A DNA stretch of 64,000 nt from Betaproteobacteria bacterium (GTDB taxonomy: Bacteria > Pseudomonadota > Gammaproteobacteria > Burkholderiales > SG8-41). Numbering within the stretch: the stretch's first letter is position 1; the number at the start of each line of letters is the position of its first letter. A program made the position numbers and the translations under genes. This document shows positions 39,958-50,348 of this stretch, piece by piece. The stretch spans positions 15,871 to 79,870 of the forward strand of contig JAQBGW010000125.1 in the NCBI GenBank assembly GCA_032128415.1, given 5' to 3'. The notes beneath the pieces are model-generated. The model was not told the DNA's origin and made no database searches. It worked only from the letters and a program-made list of their open reading frames with translations.

Positions 39958-41115
39958 TTATTTGCCGCTCTGCAGCGCTTCATCCAGCAGTGGATAAGCA
40001 CTGGTTGAGCTGGGTGTACCCAGCACCGGCACTGCCCGTAGCCACCCCGGTCCGAGTTGCTTGATGGAGGTCACCCCCATCAATCCCATCGCGGTGCGCA
40101 CTTCGATTTCCATCAATTCCAGCATGCGCGCCACACCCGCTTCCCCGCCGGCTGTCAGCGCCCAGCCCAGCAGCTTGCCGACGCCGACGGCACGTGCACC
40201 CAGGCACAGCGCCTTGACCACGTCGGTGCCGCGCAAAATGCCACCATCGACGACGATCTCGGCACGGTTACCTACTGCCTTGACGACTTCCGGCAGCACT
40301 TCGATGCTGCCTTGCGCGTGATCGAGCTGCCGTCCGCCGTGATTGGACACGTAAACCACATCCGCACCGTGCTCAACAGCCAGCACAGCGTCTTCCGCAG
40401 TGGCAATGCCCTTGGCGATCAGCGGCAAGCCGACGCGTTTTTTCATCCACACCAGATCTTTCCAGTTGAGACTCGCTTGATAAGACTGATCGCCAAAACC
40501 TTCACGCACCGGCAATCCGCTGACCAGATCGCGGTCGCGACGTCCGTAATAGTTGCGATCCACCGTCACGCACAGCGCACCGTACCCGGCCGCCTTCACC
40601 CGGTCGAGCACGCCTTCAATCCAATGGCGATCACCGCGCACGTAGAGCTGGAATATCAACGGTTGCTTGACCGCGGCCTGTGCCGCCTCGAGACTGGGCT
40701 TGGCCGCAGTAGCGATAAAGGCCGTGGTACCGCGTGCAACAGCAGCGCGCGCCACCGCCGGTCCGCCTTCGGCATGCACCTTGCCGAGGAACCCGCCCAC
40801 CGGCGCCGGAAACACCGGGAATGCCATGGCCTGCCCCAACAGCGAGGTGCGCAGATCAATCTCACGCACATCAACCAGCACGCGCTGGCGCAAAGCGAGC
40901 GCATCGAGACCGGCGCGATTGCGCCGCAAAGTCATTTCGGAATCGGCACCGCCGACCAGATGATCCCAGACGGTCGGCGGCAACTTGCGCCACGCCGCCA
41001 GCGCAATCTGCTGCAGCGTGTCGAACTGCGGCTCGCGCTGTTTGGGACCGACCTTGACCGACCGCAATTTGGCAGTGGCCGGGGTTTTACGTGATTTCCT
41101 CTCGCTTACAGCCAT
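39958..41115 (-). CDS. FMN-dependent alpha-hydroxy acid oxidase/dehydrogenase
   Basis: FQLY, VTVD, SNHGGRQLD and DGGILRGTD motifs. Confidence 0.92.
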   Translation of the reverse strand: MAVSERKSRKTPATAKLRSVKVGPKQREPQFDTLQQIALAAWRKLPPTVWDHLVGGADSEMTLRRNRAGLDALALRQRVLVDVREIDLRTSLLGQAMAFPVFPAPVGGFLGKVHAEGGPAVARAAVARGTTAFIATAAKPSLEAAQAAVKQPLIFQLYVRGDRHWIEGVLDRVKAAGYGALCVTVDRNYYGRRDRDLVSGLPVREGFGDQSYQASLNWKDLVWMKKRVGLPLIAKGIATAEDAVLAVEHGADVVYVSNHGGRQLDHAQGSIEVLPEVVKAVGNRAEIVVDGGILRGTDVVKALCLGARAVGVGKLLGWALTAGGEAGVARMLELMEIEVRTAMGLMGVTSIKQLGPGWLRAVPVLGTPSSTSAYPLLDEALQSGK

Positions 41116-41204
41116 CTCAGATTCTACTTGCCAAGGTTGCGTGCCTAAACGGATAAATGATCATTATTTGTTTAAAAACAATTAGTTAATAAATATGCAA
41201 AAAA

Positions 41205-42101
41205 TCACCGGTCCAGCAGAAAGCGTTTTTCCCAGGCCTCCACTTCACCCAGTCCCAGCACCTCGTTGTATTCCTGCAGTGACAACATCCTGCTGCGCAC
41301 GGCTTTGGTATTGCCCTCACGCTTGAGTACGTCGAAGGCTTCGCGCATGGCATAACCGGCGATCGCACGGCCCAATCCGGGAAAAATGGCAATGCGAAAT
41401 CCGAGTTTCTCAATCTCCGGCACCGTTAATTCACCGAGCTTGCCGCCCCCATCAATATTAACCAGACATGGGGCGCCAGATTCAGCGGTTACCCGTTGCA
41501 AGTCTTCGAGTATGGTTGCGCTGTTCTTCAATTCTACGAATACCACATCGGCACCGGCCTTGCGATAGGCTTGAGCACGGCGGATCGCCTCATCAAGTCC
41601 CAGCCCACCCGCAGCATCGGTACGCGCAATGATGATGAAATCCGGATCGCGGCGCGCGGCGACAGCTGCCTCAATTTTGCCGACATGCTCCGCCATGGCC
41701 ACCACCGGCCGCGATCCCGGCAGATGCCCGCAGCGCTTGGGCGCCACCTGGTCTTCAATATGAATGGCGGCGACTCCGGCACTCTCGAATTCGCGCACGG
41801 TATTGCGCACGTTCACCGCGTTGCCGTACCCGGTATCGGCATCGCAGATCAACGGGATGTCGACGCACGCGGCTGCGCGATGGGCATGCGCGGCAAACAA
41901 AGTCAGATCCACCAGACCAACGTCCGGCTGCCCGAGTAACGATGCAGACACGCCGTTGCCAGTCATATAGACCGCGTCAAAGCCTGCCTGCTCCACCAGG
42001 CGCGCGCCGTAGGCATCGTAGATGCCGGGGGCGACGATCATGCCGCCTTCGGTCAGACGTTGCCGAAGTTGCCGCCGTGCCGTCAGCTTTTTTTCGTTCA
42101 T
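41205..42101 (-). CDS. Isocitrate lyase/PEP mutase family lyase (PrpB/dimethylmalate lyase-like)
   Basis: DADTGYG, HIEDQVAPKRCGH and IIARTDA motifs. Confidence 0.9.
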   Translation of the reverse strand: MNEKKLTARRQLRQRLTEGGMIVAPGIYDAYGARLVEQAGFDAVYMTGNGVSASLLGQPDVGLVDLTLFAAHAHRAAACVDIPLICDADTGYGNAVNVRNTVREFESAGVAAIHIEDQVAPKRCGHLPGSRPVVAMAEHVGKIEAAVAARRDPDFIIIARTDAAGGLGLDEAIRRAQAYRKAGADVVFVELKNSATILEDLQRVTAESGAPCLVNIDGGGKLGELTVPEIEKLGFRIAIFPGLGRAIAGYAMREAFDVLKREGNTKAVRSRMLSLQEYNEVLGLGEVEAWEKRFLLDR

Positions 42102-42102
42102 G

Positions 42103-43233
42103 TCACGCTGCTTTTTTAATCTCGAACTTGTATTTCGCCAGCTTTGCATCATCCAGCGTGACCCCCAGCCCCGGCCCGCCGGGCAGCGCGATGCTGCCTT
42201 TGCTCAAATCCAGTTTTTGCGTCACCACATCGTCCTTGGTTTTCAGCGGGCCCACGCATTCGAGACCGTCGATGACATTCAAAGATGTCGCCGCCATCAT
42301 GATTTCCGCCATGGTGTTCACTCCCAGGCCGAAACCGTGACCCACCACGCAGCGGATGCCCGCTCCTTCCGCCGTGGCAATCATGCGCCGCGCGTTGAGA
42401 AATCCACCTTGCTTCATGACTTTGACTTTAACGATATCCGCGGCATTCAGGCGAATGATATTAATCAGGCTGGCATGATCCAGCACGGATTCATCGGCCA
42501 TGATCGGCACACCCACGGCATTGGCGGCCTTGCGCACCCGCGCCATGCCGGCAATATCGTCGGCCGGCACCGGCTGCTCGAACAACTGCAGATTGTATGG
42601 CGCCATCAATTTTGCCAACTCGATGGACGTATCGGCGTCATAACCGGCGTTGGCATCAATGCGGATATTGAATTCAGGACCAACGGCTTCGCGCACGGCT
42701 TTCACCCGATCACGATCGGCCTTGATGTCACCACCCACCTTGATTTTGCAGGAACGAAAACCCTGCTTCTGCCAGGTCAGCGTTTCCTTGGCTGCGTCGT
42801 CCGGCGACTGGATGCCGATCCAGGCATTGAACATGAGGCGATCTTTCATCGCACCGCCGAGATAAGTGTGTACCGGCATACCGGCCACCCGTGCCGACAA
42901 GTCTACGCAGGCCATCTCGATCGTTGCTTTTGCATCCAGAAAATCCGTCGCGATCGATTCGAGCTTCGCCATGACGCGATGCACATTGGTCGGATCCATG
43001 CCCATGACTGCCGGGGCGAGTTTCGACTGAATCATGGTCAGGGATTCCTCGATGCCTTCCTTCGAATACCCCGGCGTCGGGTCGATGTTGCCGTAGCCTA
43101 TGGCGCCGCCGGTGGCAGTGATGCGCACGATGGCGCTTTTCACCACGGATTTCGACAAATAGGCGTTTTTGAACTCCATCACCAGCGGCATCGCTACGCC
43201 AAACACTTCGATGCGTTCAATCTTGAGATTCAT
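42103..43233 (-). CDS. Muconate lactonizing enzyme-like enolase superfamily protein
   Basis: KIKVG, RIDAN, FEQP, ADES and KVMKQGG motifs. Confidence 0.88.
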   Translation of the reverse strand: MNLKIERIEVFGVAMPLVMEFKNAYLSKSVVKSAIVRITATGGAIGYGNIDPTPGYSKEGIEESLTMIQSKLAPAVMGMDPTNVHRVMAKLESIATDFLDAKATIEMACVDLSARVAGMPVHTYLGGAMKDRLMFNAWIGIQSPDDAAKETLTWQKQGFRSCKIKVGGDIKADRDRVKAVREAVGPEFNIRIDANAGYDADTSIELAKLMAPYNLQLFEQPVPADDIAGMARVRKAANAVGVPIMADESVLDHASLINIIRLNAADIVKVKVMKQGGFLNARRMIATAEGAGIRCVVGHGFGLGVNTMAEIMMAATSLNVIDGLECVGPLKTKDDVVTQKLDLSKGSIALPGGPGLGVTLDDAKLAKYKFEIKKAA

Positions 43234-43748
43234 GATGCCTGCCCTCTCAGATTCCAATCAGGATATTTTTGCAGGAACGGAATCAGCCCGCCCGCTTCCA
43301 GTAGTGCCTGCACCGCAGCTGGCAACGGCGGCACAGCGTGAGTAATATGACGCGCGGCCACTACAACGCGACCCGCGATCAAGTCGATCTCAATGACATC
43401 TCCACCAGCAATTCCCGCGATGTCACACTCGATCACCGGCATGCCGTTGTTGATTGCGTTGCGGAAAAATTGCCGCCCGAACGACGGCGCAACTATGGCC
43501 GCGACGCCCATCTGATGCATCACATGCACCGCCTGTTCACGTGAAGAATTAATACCGAAATTTTTTCCCGCAACAATGACATCGCCCTTTTTGAAACTCT
43601 GCGCAAAATCCGGCGCCAGTTGCTCGAACGCATGCTGCGCCATGTACGCCGTGTCTTTGCCTGGAAGGTATTTGGTAGAACAGTGGATATCGGTGCTGAT
43701 TTCATCGCCCAGTACCCGGGCACTGCCTTTGATGATTTTCATAGCCAT
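43230..43748 (-). CDS. LeuD/DmdB-like aconitase-family hydratase small subunit
   Basis: ISTD, NFGINSSRE and FGRQFFRNAINNG motifs. Confidence 0.88.
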   Translation of the reverse strand: MAMKIIKGSARVLGDEISTDIHCSTKYLPGKDTAYMAQHAFEQLAPDFAQSFKKGDVIVAGKNFGINSSREQAVHVMHQMGVAAIVAPSFGRQFFRNAINNGMPVIECDIAGIAGGDVIEIDLIAGRVVVAARHITHAVPPLPAAVQALLEAGGLIPFLQKYPDWNLRGQAS

Positions 43749-43750
43749 TC

Positions 43751-45046
43751 CTAAGCTGCCGCACGCCAGTCGCCGCCGGCGACCGTCCGCGCATCGGTCA
43801 CGCATCCCGTCAGTGCTGACGCCGCCACCGTCGCTGCTGAAGCGATCCAGATTTCCGAACTCGGATTACCGAGCCGTCCCTTGAAATTGCGATTGGCACT
43901 GGAAATCACCACCTGCTTGTCGCCGGCAATGTAATGACCGGTGATATTGACGCAGGTGCCGCAACCTGCCGCCTCGACTGAAGCGCCAGCCGCAGTCAGG
44001 ATTTCAAAAAGGCCTTCGCGCATCGCCGCGAGATATATCGCCCGCGATGCCGGCGTGACGATCATGCGCACGCCCTTGGCGAGTTTTTTGCCTTTGAGGA
44101 TCGCCGCCGCCTGGCGGATATCGTCGAGCCTGCCATTGGTGCAGGTGCCGATCAGCGCGACCTGGATTTTCTGCCCCGCCATTTCCGGCACACCCACCAC
44201 ATCGTCGATCAGATGTTTGCGTGCGATCTGCGGCGTCAGATTAGCCACATCAATGACGATGTGCTGGGCGTATTGGGCATCTGCATCAGCCTTGACCGGT
44301 TTCGGCGCTGCCGCGCCATGCGCCTTCAGCCAGGCGGTGGTTTTTTCATCAGCTTCAAGCAACGCCGCCTTGGCACCCAGCTCTGCAGCATGATTCGCCA
44401 GCGTCATGCGATCATCGATACCCATCGCGGCCACGCCGTCGCCGCAATATTCCAGTGCCCGGTAATTCGCACCCTCGGCGCCGAGTTTGCCCAGCATGGT
44501 CAGCGTCACGTCCTTGGCCCATACACCAGGTTGCAGCGTGCCCTTGAGCTCAATAAGGATAGTTTCCGGTACGCGGAACCACAACTTGCCGGTCAGCATC
44601 ACTGCCGACACGTCGGTGCCTTCAACACCAGTGCCGAATACATTGAACGCGCCATATGTGGTGGAGTGGGTATCGGTGCCGACGACGAGATCACCGCAGG
44701 TGAAATGACCGCCTTCGGGCAGCACCTGATGACAGATACCGTCGCCGACGTCATACAGCGGCGTGCCGTGTTTTTCTGCGAATTCGCGCATGGCAACATG
44801 GGTATTCGCCGCTTCCCTATTCGGCGGCGGCGAATAGTGGTCAAGCACCAGCGCGGTACGTTTGACATGCGGCAGCGTAAATCCCGGCTTGCCCGCACCC
44901 AGTTTCTCAATCATTTTCAGCGCATTGCCGGCGCGCGCATCGTGAATCATCGAAAAATCGACACTGGCGACGACGATTTCACCGGCATTGGCCGGCTTGC
45001 CATGCGCATGTTGGCCGAGAATTTTCTCGGCAATGGTGTGGCCCAT
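43751..45046 (-). CDS. LeuC/DmdA-like aconitase-family hydratase large subunit (4Fe-4S)
   Basis: TIAEKIL, GICHQ, TDTHST, IGTCTNGR, GCGTC and NRNFKGR motifs. Confidence 0.9.
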   Translation of the reverse strand: MGHTIAEKILGQHAHGKPANAGEIVVASVDFSMIHDARAGNALKMIEKLGAGKPGFTLPHVKRTALVLDHYSPPPNREAANTHVAMREFAEKHGTPLYDVGDGICHQVLPEGGHFTCGDLVVGTDTHSTTYGAFNVFGTGVEGTDVSAVMLTGKLWFRVPETILIELKGTLQPGVWAKDVTLTMLGKLGAEGANYRALEYCGDGVAAMGIDDRMTLANHAAELGAKAALLEADEKTTAWLKAHGAAAPKPVKADADAQYAQHIVIDVANLTPQIARKHLIDDVVGVPEMAGQKIQVALIGTCTNGRLDDIRQAAAILKGKKLAKGVRMIVTPASRAIYLAAMREGLFEILTAAGASVEAAGCGTCVNITGHYIAGDKQVVISSANRNFKGRLGNPSSEIWIASAATVAASALTGCVTDARTVAGGDWRAAA

Positions 45047-45176
45047 CGGAAATTGCCCTCCAGAAATTTGCCGCAGACAGCATTTGCGGCCAGACCGTAA
45101 CTTTAGCCCATGCACGCCCAGCCAGGCCGGATTGGTTCACGATATGAGCGGAACTCAGGCCGGATTTATAATTAAA

Positions 45177-46706
45177 TCAATAGCTTGTTGGCCAGTTCGC
45201 GAGCCGGTGCTGCCCCACGCCGTTGCTCAGCCGCAACGACTGGATATCGAGCATTTCCTTGAGATATTCCCGCGTCTCGCGCGGGTCGAGTACTTCCTTC
45301 ACGCCGAACACCGCACCCATGTCGTAGGCCGTTGCGTTGCTGGTCATGTCCTCGAGCAGTTTGCCGAATCGCGCCGGATCATCTTCTTCGGCAATGCCGT
45401 GTACCACGGTCACTGCTGTCCGCGGATTCATGAAACTCACCTCCGCGGTCCACCACGCGGCGATTTCGTCGGCGATGCCAGCGCCGCCCATGTTGATGTA
45501 TCCCCGGCCGTAGCTCTTGCGCAGGATGATGCTGATCCTCGGCACCGTGACCTGCAGCAGCGCATTCATCCAGTTGATCACCTTGCCGATGACGCCGCGC
45601 TTCTCCGCCTCCGGCCCGATCAAAAAGCCTGGCTGGTCCTGCAGGAATATCAGCGGCACGTTGTACGAATCGCACAGCACGATGAAGTCCGCCGCCTTAC
45701 TGCACGCATCGGCGTCCATCGCGCCGCCCTTGAACAGCGGGTTGTTGGCAATGATGCCGACCGGACGGCCGTCGATCCTGGCCAGAGCCGTGGTGATGCT
45801 GCGTCCGTAGCGTTCCTTGATCTCGAAAAAACTTTCAAGATCGACAATGGCGCGGATCACCTTGCGCATGTCATAGACCTGCGCTGCCGATTCGGGTATC
45901 AGGTCCAGTATGTTCTTGACCGGCTCGTCGGAACCTTCCGGCACCGCAGCGACCGGCGGCGGCAGGCGATTATTCGTCGGCAAGTAGCCGAGAAACCGCT
46001 TGATCGCATCCAGTGCCTGCTGATCGGTATCAACGATCAAATCGGCAAAGCCGGAGTGTTCCGCCAGCACCTGCCAGCCGCCCAGTTCCTCGGCGCTGAC
46101 TTCACGCCCCAGCGCCATCGACACCACACGGGGACTTGCCACCGCCATCACCGCGCCTTTGCGCATCACGCAGAAATCCGAGCAGCACGCATGCCACGCT
46201 GCAGAACCAAACGCATTACCGAGCACTGCAGCCGCCCATGGCGCCTCCCGCGTGCGCAGGAAACGGTTGCCCTCAACATTCATGCCCATGCCCTCGCCCA
46301 TGATGTCGGGCATGCGCACGCCGGTGGATTCGCCGAGAAACACCACCGGAAAACCGCGCCGGGTGCCGGTGTCCTTGATGTGCGCCATCTTGCGATTATT
46401 GGTATAGCTCGATGACGACGCCTTGACGGTGAAGTCGTAGCCGACCACGCCCACGCGCCTGCCTTCGAGTTTCCCGAATCCAGTAACTTTGCCGTCGGCC
46501 GGTGTGGATTCACGCATCCCAGGGATGTACGACACCCCGAACAAACCGGCTTCGCGGAACGTCCCCGGATCCAGCAGATAAGCGATACGCTCGCGGGCAT
46601 TCAGAATGCCGGCTTGCGTGCGTTTCCCCAGCTTCTCCGGCCCGCCCATGGCCTTTGCCTGGGCGGCACGTTCTGCGTGTTCACTGATTTCGCGTTCAAA
46701 TTTCAT
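45177..46706 (-). CDS. Acyl-CoA carboxyltransferase/decarboxylase (PCC-beta-like)
   Basis: NARERI, PADGKVTG, ELGG..V, DQPGFLIG and RKSYG motifs. Confidence 0.88.
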   Translation of the reverse strand: MKFEREISEHAERAAQAKAMGGPEKLGKRTQAGILNARERIAYLLDPGTFREAGLFGVSYIPGMRESTPADGKVTGFGKLEGRRVGVVGYDFTVKASSSSYTNNRKMAHIKDTGTRRGFPVVFLGESTGVRMPDIMGEGMGMNVEGNRFLRTREAPWAAAVLGNAFGSAAWHACCSDFCVMRKGAVMAVASPRVVSMALGREVSAEELGGWQVLAEHSGFADLIVDTDQQALDAIKRFLGYLPTNNRLPPPVAAVPEGSDEPVKNILDLIPESAAQVYDMRKVIRAIVDLESFFEIKERYGRSITTALARIDGRPVGIIANNPLFKGGAMDADACSKAADFIVLCDSYNVPLIFLQDQPGFLIGPEAEKRGVIGKVINWMNALLQVTVPRISIILRKSYGRGYINMGGAGIADEIAAWWTAEVSFMNPRTAVTVVHGIAEEDDPARFGKLLEDMTSNATAYDMGAVFGVKEVLDPRETREYLKEMLDIQSLRLSNGVGQHRLANWPTSY

Positions 46707-46968
46707 TTCTGATCCCCGGCAGGCAGATTCTGGTCTTGTCTACGATGGCGCCATCCAGGCCGCGCGGTAAAGTGATGTCTGCCACAGTATGAATTCCTTT
46801 TATCTGATAATCAGCACATTGTGGCCATGACCGGCAACCGAATCTGCCATCTGGATGACAATTGACCAACGGCTGCAGAGTTAGTATTCGGCTGTCTGAA
46901 TGCCAGGCAGCCAAAGCAGAATCATTGCCGCAACGCACAACACGACGCCTATCGACGACGGACTGAAC

Positions 46969-48018
46969 ATGGAAAAATTGCGAGTATGGGCATGTGGTTG
47001 CTGCCATGTGCACAGCGATTTGCGTCATGGCCGCCGCAGCCTGGCCGAGGCCATCGAGCAAAGCGAGCATGGCGGCACCGAAGGCGGCGATCCTTTCGAC
47101 TGGGATCTGATGCTGAACCTGGGCGACCTTTCAGGCACCCAGGGCCCACCGACGGACGCCGACGGCCCTCCAGTCGTCGAACAGATGAATGCGGGTCGCC
47201 AGCATCGCCCGGAGCAGATCTATTGCCTGCTGGGCAACCACGATGCCAGCGGTCCTCACGAAGAATCCCAGTGGTGGTTCAGGAAATGGATTGATCCGCT
47301 GGGATTGAATCCCGAATTTTCCGGAATTCATGCGGAACGCAGACCGTATCCAATAACCGGCACCTGGGAACGCTATTCGTTTGTTGCCGGCAATGTGTTG
47401 TTTCTGATGCTCGGAGACCGCAACGACGGCGGACCGCCCAAGGGACGGGGTGAGCACGGCGGTTATCCCGCGGGTGCAATCACGTCGGACACGTTTGACT
47501 GGTGGCGGGAGATGGTGGAGTCCAACCAGGACAAGATCATCGTCACCTGCGCGCATCACATGCTGCGCGACACCACCACGGCGACGGGACGCTGGGAGGG
47601 CGTGAACGGCAACTATCATCATCCTTACGAAGACGCCGAAGGCGCATCCTATCTCTACTGGGTCGGCGATGATGCCGACACCAGCGCATTTCACGACTAT
47701 TTCGCGAAACATCCGCGCGCGATCGATCTCTGGCTGGGCAGCCATACGCACGCACACCCGGACGACCGGTTCGGCAGAAAAGAAATGGTCGCGCAGCACT
47801 GGGGCATCACGTTTGCAAACGTGGGCGCAATGACCCGCTATCACGGACGCGAAAACCGCCGCTGGTGGCCGAGCAGCCGTTTACTGGATTTTGAACACGG
47901 CAGTCGTGAAGCCGCCTTCCGCTGTTACCTGCATACCAGCCACTATGCCCGGCAGGGCTGGTATGCACCGGCAACCAAAACGATTGCCCTCAGACATGCG
48001 TTCCAGGGGATGAGCTAG
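46969..48018 (+). CDS. Calcineurin-like metallophosphoesterase family protein (atypical motif I)
   Basis: GCCHV, LGDL, GNHD, AHH and GSHTH motifs in the expected order. Confidence 0.75.
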   Translation: MEKLRVWACGCCHVHSDLRHGRRSLAEAIEQSEHGGTEGGDPFDWDLMLNLGDLSGTQGPPTDADGPPVVEQMNAGRQHRPEQIYCLLGNHDASGPHEESQWWFRKWIDPLGLNPEFSGIHAERRPYPITGTWERYSFVAGNVLFLMLGDRNDGGPPKGRGEHGGYPAGAITSDTFDWWREMVESNQDKIIVTCAHHMLRDTTTATGRWEGVNGNYHHPYEDAEGASYLYWVGDDADTSAFHDYFAKHPRAIDLWLGSHTHAHPDDRFGRKEMVAQHWGITFANVGAMTRYHGRENRRWWPSSRLLDFEHGSREAAFRCYLHTSHYARQGWYAPATKTIALRHAFQGMS

Positions 48019-48178
48019 TTCGCGCGAATATTCTCTTGCCGGACAACACGCACGACAGCCTTGATGTCCCTCTCCAGCAGCGTCTTGAGCTCGACCGGCG
48101 GCACGGGGTTAGAATGAATAATCCCCGCGTCAAAAAACCGAACGCGCCTCACATCGCCGCAACGCACGACCAGACGCC

Positions 48179-48847
48179 ATGCCAACCACAGATTTTCTGG
48201 GCCAGCTTCCTGCGATTCACCGGGACGCCCTGCTCGCCCGTGCAACGCGGGTACGCTTGCGCAAGGGCGAGTTCATTTTCCGCACCGGCGATTCCGGAGA
48301 TGCCGTGTTCATATTACTTGCCGGCCGCGTGAAAACCTACAAGATCGCGCCGAACGGCAAGGAAGTCATCCTGTGGTTCAATTTTCCAGGCGAAATGTTC
48401 GGGTTCGTGGAAACGCCGCACGACATGGGACGCATGGTCAACATCCAGACCTGCGAAAACACGGAAATCGCCAGGATATCCGGTGCACATTTTCGTGAAT
48501 TGATTTCAACGTACACCGAGATTTCGCAGCTCTGCGTCCGTGTCGTGGCCTCCCGGCTGGGCATGCTGGCCAACCGCCTCGTCTATCTGATGAATGACAA
48601 TGCCGAGGCGCGCATCGCCAAGTTTCTGCTCGATCTGGCAGCCCGGTATCACGATCCAAACAGCAACGCCGAGCATCCGCTAGACCTCACCCATCAGGAA
48701 ATTGCGAATATCTCCGGAGTACAACGCCAGACCGTCACCCGTATTCTGGGGAAATTTTCCAAACGGGGGGCGTTGACGATGCGCTACCGGAACATCAGTA
48801 TCCGCGACCATGAATTGCTGGCGCGTTATGCCGCACGGCATCCGTAA
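48179..48847 (+). CDS. Crp/Fnr family transcriptional regulator
   Basis: cNMP-binding fold (GEMFG) and HTH LTHQEIANISGVQRQTVTR. Confidence 0.9.
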   Translation: MPTTDFLGQLPAIHRDALLARATRVRLRKGEFIFRTGDSGDAVFILLAGRVKTYKIAPNGKEVILWFNFPGEMFGFVETPHDMGRMVNIQTCENTEIARISGAHFRELISTYTEISQLCVRVVASRLGMLANRLVYLMNDNAEARIAKFLLDLAARYHDPNSNAEHPLDLTHQEIANISGVQRQTVTRILGKFSKRGALTMRYRNISIRDHELLARYAARHP

Positions 48848-48891
48848 AGCGGCAGAATGACTCAGCGGATTCGTATATCATCCCGCTCCTC

Positions 48892-50313
48892 ATGACCGCC
48901 AAAACACTGCAATTGACCGCCGAAGTCGCCCGGTTTGTCACCGCCACCAAAGCCGCACGCATACCGCGTGAGGTCATGCATCTCGGCAAACGCTCCATCC
49001 TTGACGGTCTCGGGCTCGCACTGGCGGGCAATGCCGCCGAATCCGGCCACATCGTGCGCGCCTATCTCAGGACGCTGGGTGTGCCGCTCGACAAGGGCGT
49101 AACCGTGATCGGCACTGCACTGAAAGTACCGCCGCGCTTCGCTGCATTTGCAAATGGCATCGCCATCCACGCCGACGATTACGACGACACGCAGCTCGCC
49201 GTTGCCAAGGATCGCGTGTATGGTTTGCTGACGCATCCGACCGCCCCCGTACTGCCCGCCGTGCTGGCGATCGCCGAGCGTGACAACCGTTCCGGTCTCG
49301 ATTTGCTCGTGGCCTACCAGATTGCCGTCGAAGTCGAAACCAAGCTCGCTGAAGCCATTAATCCGCGGCATTACGCCGACGGATTCCATTCGACCGCGAC
49401 TTTCGGCGCCATCGGTGCCGCCGCCGGTGCTGCGCGTCTGCTCAGGCTCGATGCAGCGCAAACGGCGCAGGCGTTGAGCTTGGGCGCCAGTCAAGCCGCG
49501 GGTCTGCGCGAAAACTTCGGCACCATGACCAAACCCTTTCATCCGGGACGTGCCGCCGAATCGGGCATCGTCGCTGCGGAACTGGTCAAACTGGGCTGGA
49601 CGGCAGCGCCGGACGCACTCGAGGCCAAACGCGGATTCTTCAACGCGGCCGGCGGCGGTTTTGACGTCGCCGCGATTCACGGCAAACTCGGCAAGCCATG
49701 GACCTTCGCCATGCCCGGCGTTTCGATCAAGCCGCATCCCAGCGGCTCACTGACCCACCCCGGCATGGGCGTGATGCTGGAACTGATACTCAAACACGAC
49801 ATTCGCCCGGCGCAGGTGGTGAAAGTCAAAGTCGGCACCAATCGCCACATGCCCAATACGCTAATCCATCGCCGGCCGAAAAATGAACTGCAGGCGAAAT
49901 TCAGCATGGAATTCTGCATGGCCATCCTGCTGCTGGAGCGCAAGGCGGGGCTCGCCCAATTCACCAACGCCGTGGTCCGGCGCGCCGATATGCAACGCAT
50001 AATCGACAAAATCGATTTCGGCGTACATCCCGAGGCCGAAGCCGCTGGTTATGAGAAAATGACCACCATCATCGATATTGAGCTCGCCGACGGTCGTCGG
50101 ATCGGTGGTCGTGCTGATTTCGGAAAAGGCAGTCCGGTAAATCCCATGAGCGATGCGGAAGTGGCCACAAAATTTCGCGAATGCGCGGTGTGGGGCGGAC
50201 TATCGAATATCGGTGCCGAGCGCATCATCGAATGTGTGTTCAGTATCGAAAAACTGCCACGCGTGCGTGAACTGACGCGTTTGCTCGCCGTTAAAAAGCG
50301 GCGTAAATCATAA
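48892..50313 (+). CDS. MmgE/PrpD family protein
   Basis: HADDYDD, HPTAPV, GFHST, NFGTMTKPFHPG and KFS motifs. Confidence 0.9.
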   Translation: MTAKTLQLTAEVARFVTATKAARIPREVMHLGKRSILDGLGLALAGNAAESGHIVRAYLRTLGVPLDKGVTVIGTALKVPPRFAAFANGIAIHADDYDDTQLAVAKDRVYGLLTHPTAPVLPAVLAIAERDNRSGLDLLVAYQIAVEVETKLAEAINPRHYADGFHSTATFGAIGAAAGAARLLRLDAAQTAQALSLGASQAAGLRENFGTMTKPFHPGRAAESGIVAAELVKLGWTAAPDALEAKRGFFNAAGGGFDVAAIHGKLGKPWTFAMPGVSIKPHPSGSLTHPGMGVMLELILKHDIRPAQVVKVKVGTNRHMPNTLIHRRPKNELQAKFSMEFCMAILLLERKAGLAQFTNAVVRRADMQRIIDKIDFGVHPEAEAAGYEKMTTIIDIELADGRRIGGRADFGKGSPVNPMSDAEVATKFRECAVWGGLSNIGAERIIECVFSIEKLPRVRELTRLLAVKKRRKS

Positions 50314-50339
50314 AAATAACATAACCCATTGTTTTTATT
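50312..50339. promoter_or_regulatory. Second copy of the 28-bp AT-rich IHF-like motif
   Basis: AAAAATAACATAACCCATTGTTTTTATT. Confidence 0.5.
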
Positions 50340-50348
50340 ATTAAATTT

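Noticed and set aside
38883-45046. leuBCD leucine biosynthesis operon
   Set aside because: Short DmdA/HacA-type subunits with altered motifs, interspersed catabolic genes and no leuA. A catabolic role is more likely.
46707-46968. Sigma70 promoter or Crp/Fnr box in the divergent intergenic region
   Set aside because: TTGACC and TAGTAT are only 14 bp apart, and no convincing TTGAT-N4-ATCAA or TGTGA-N6-TCACA palindrome is present.
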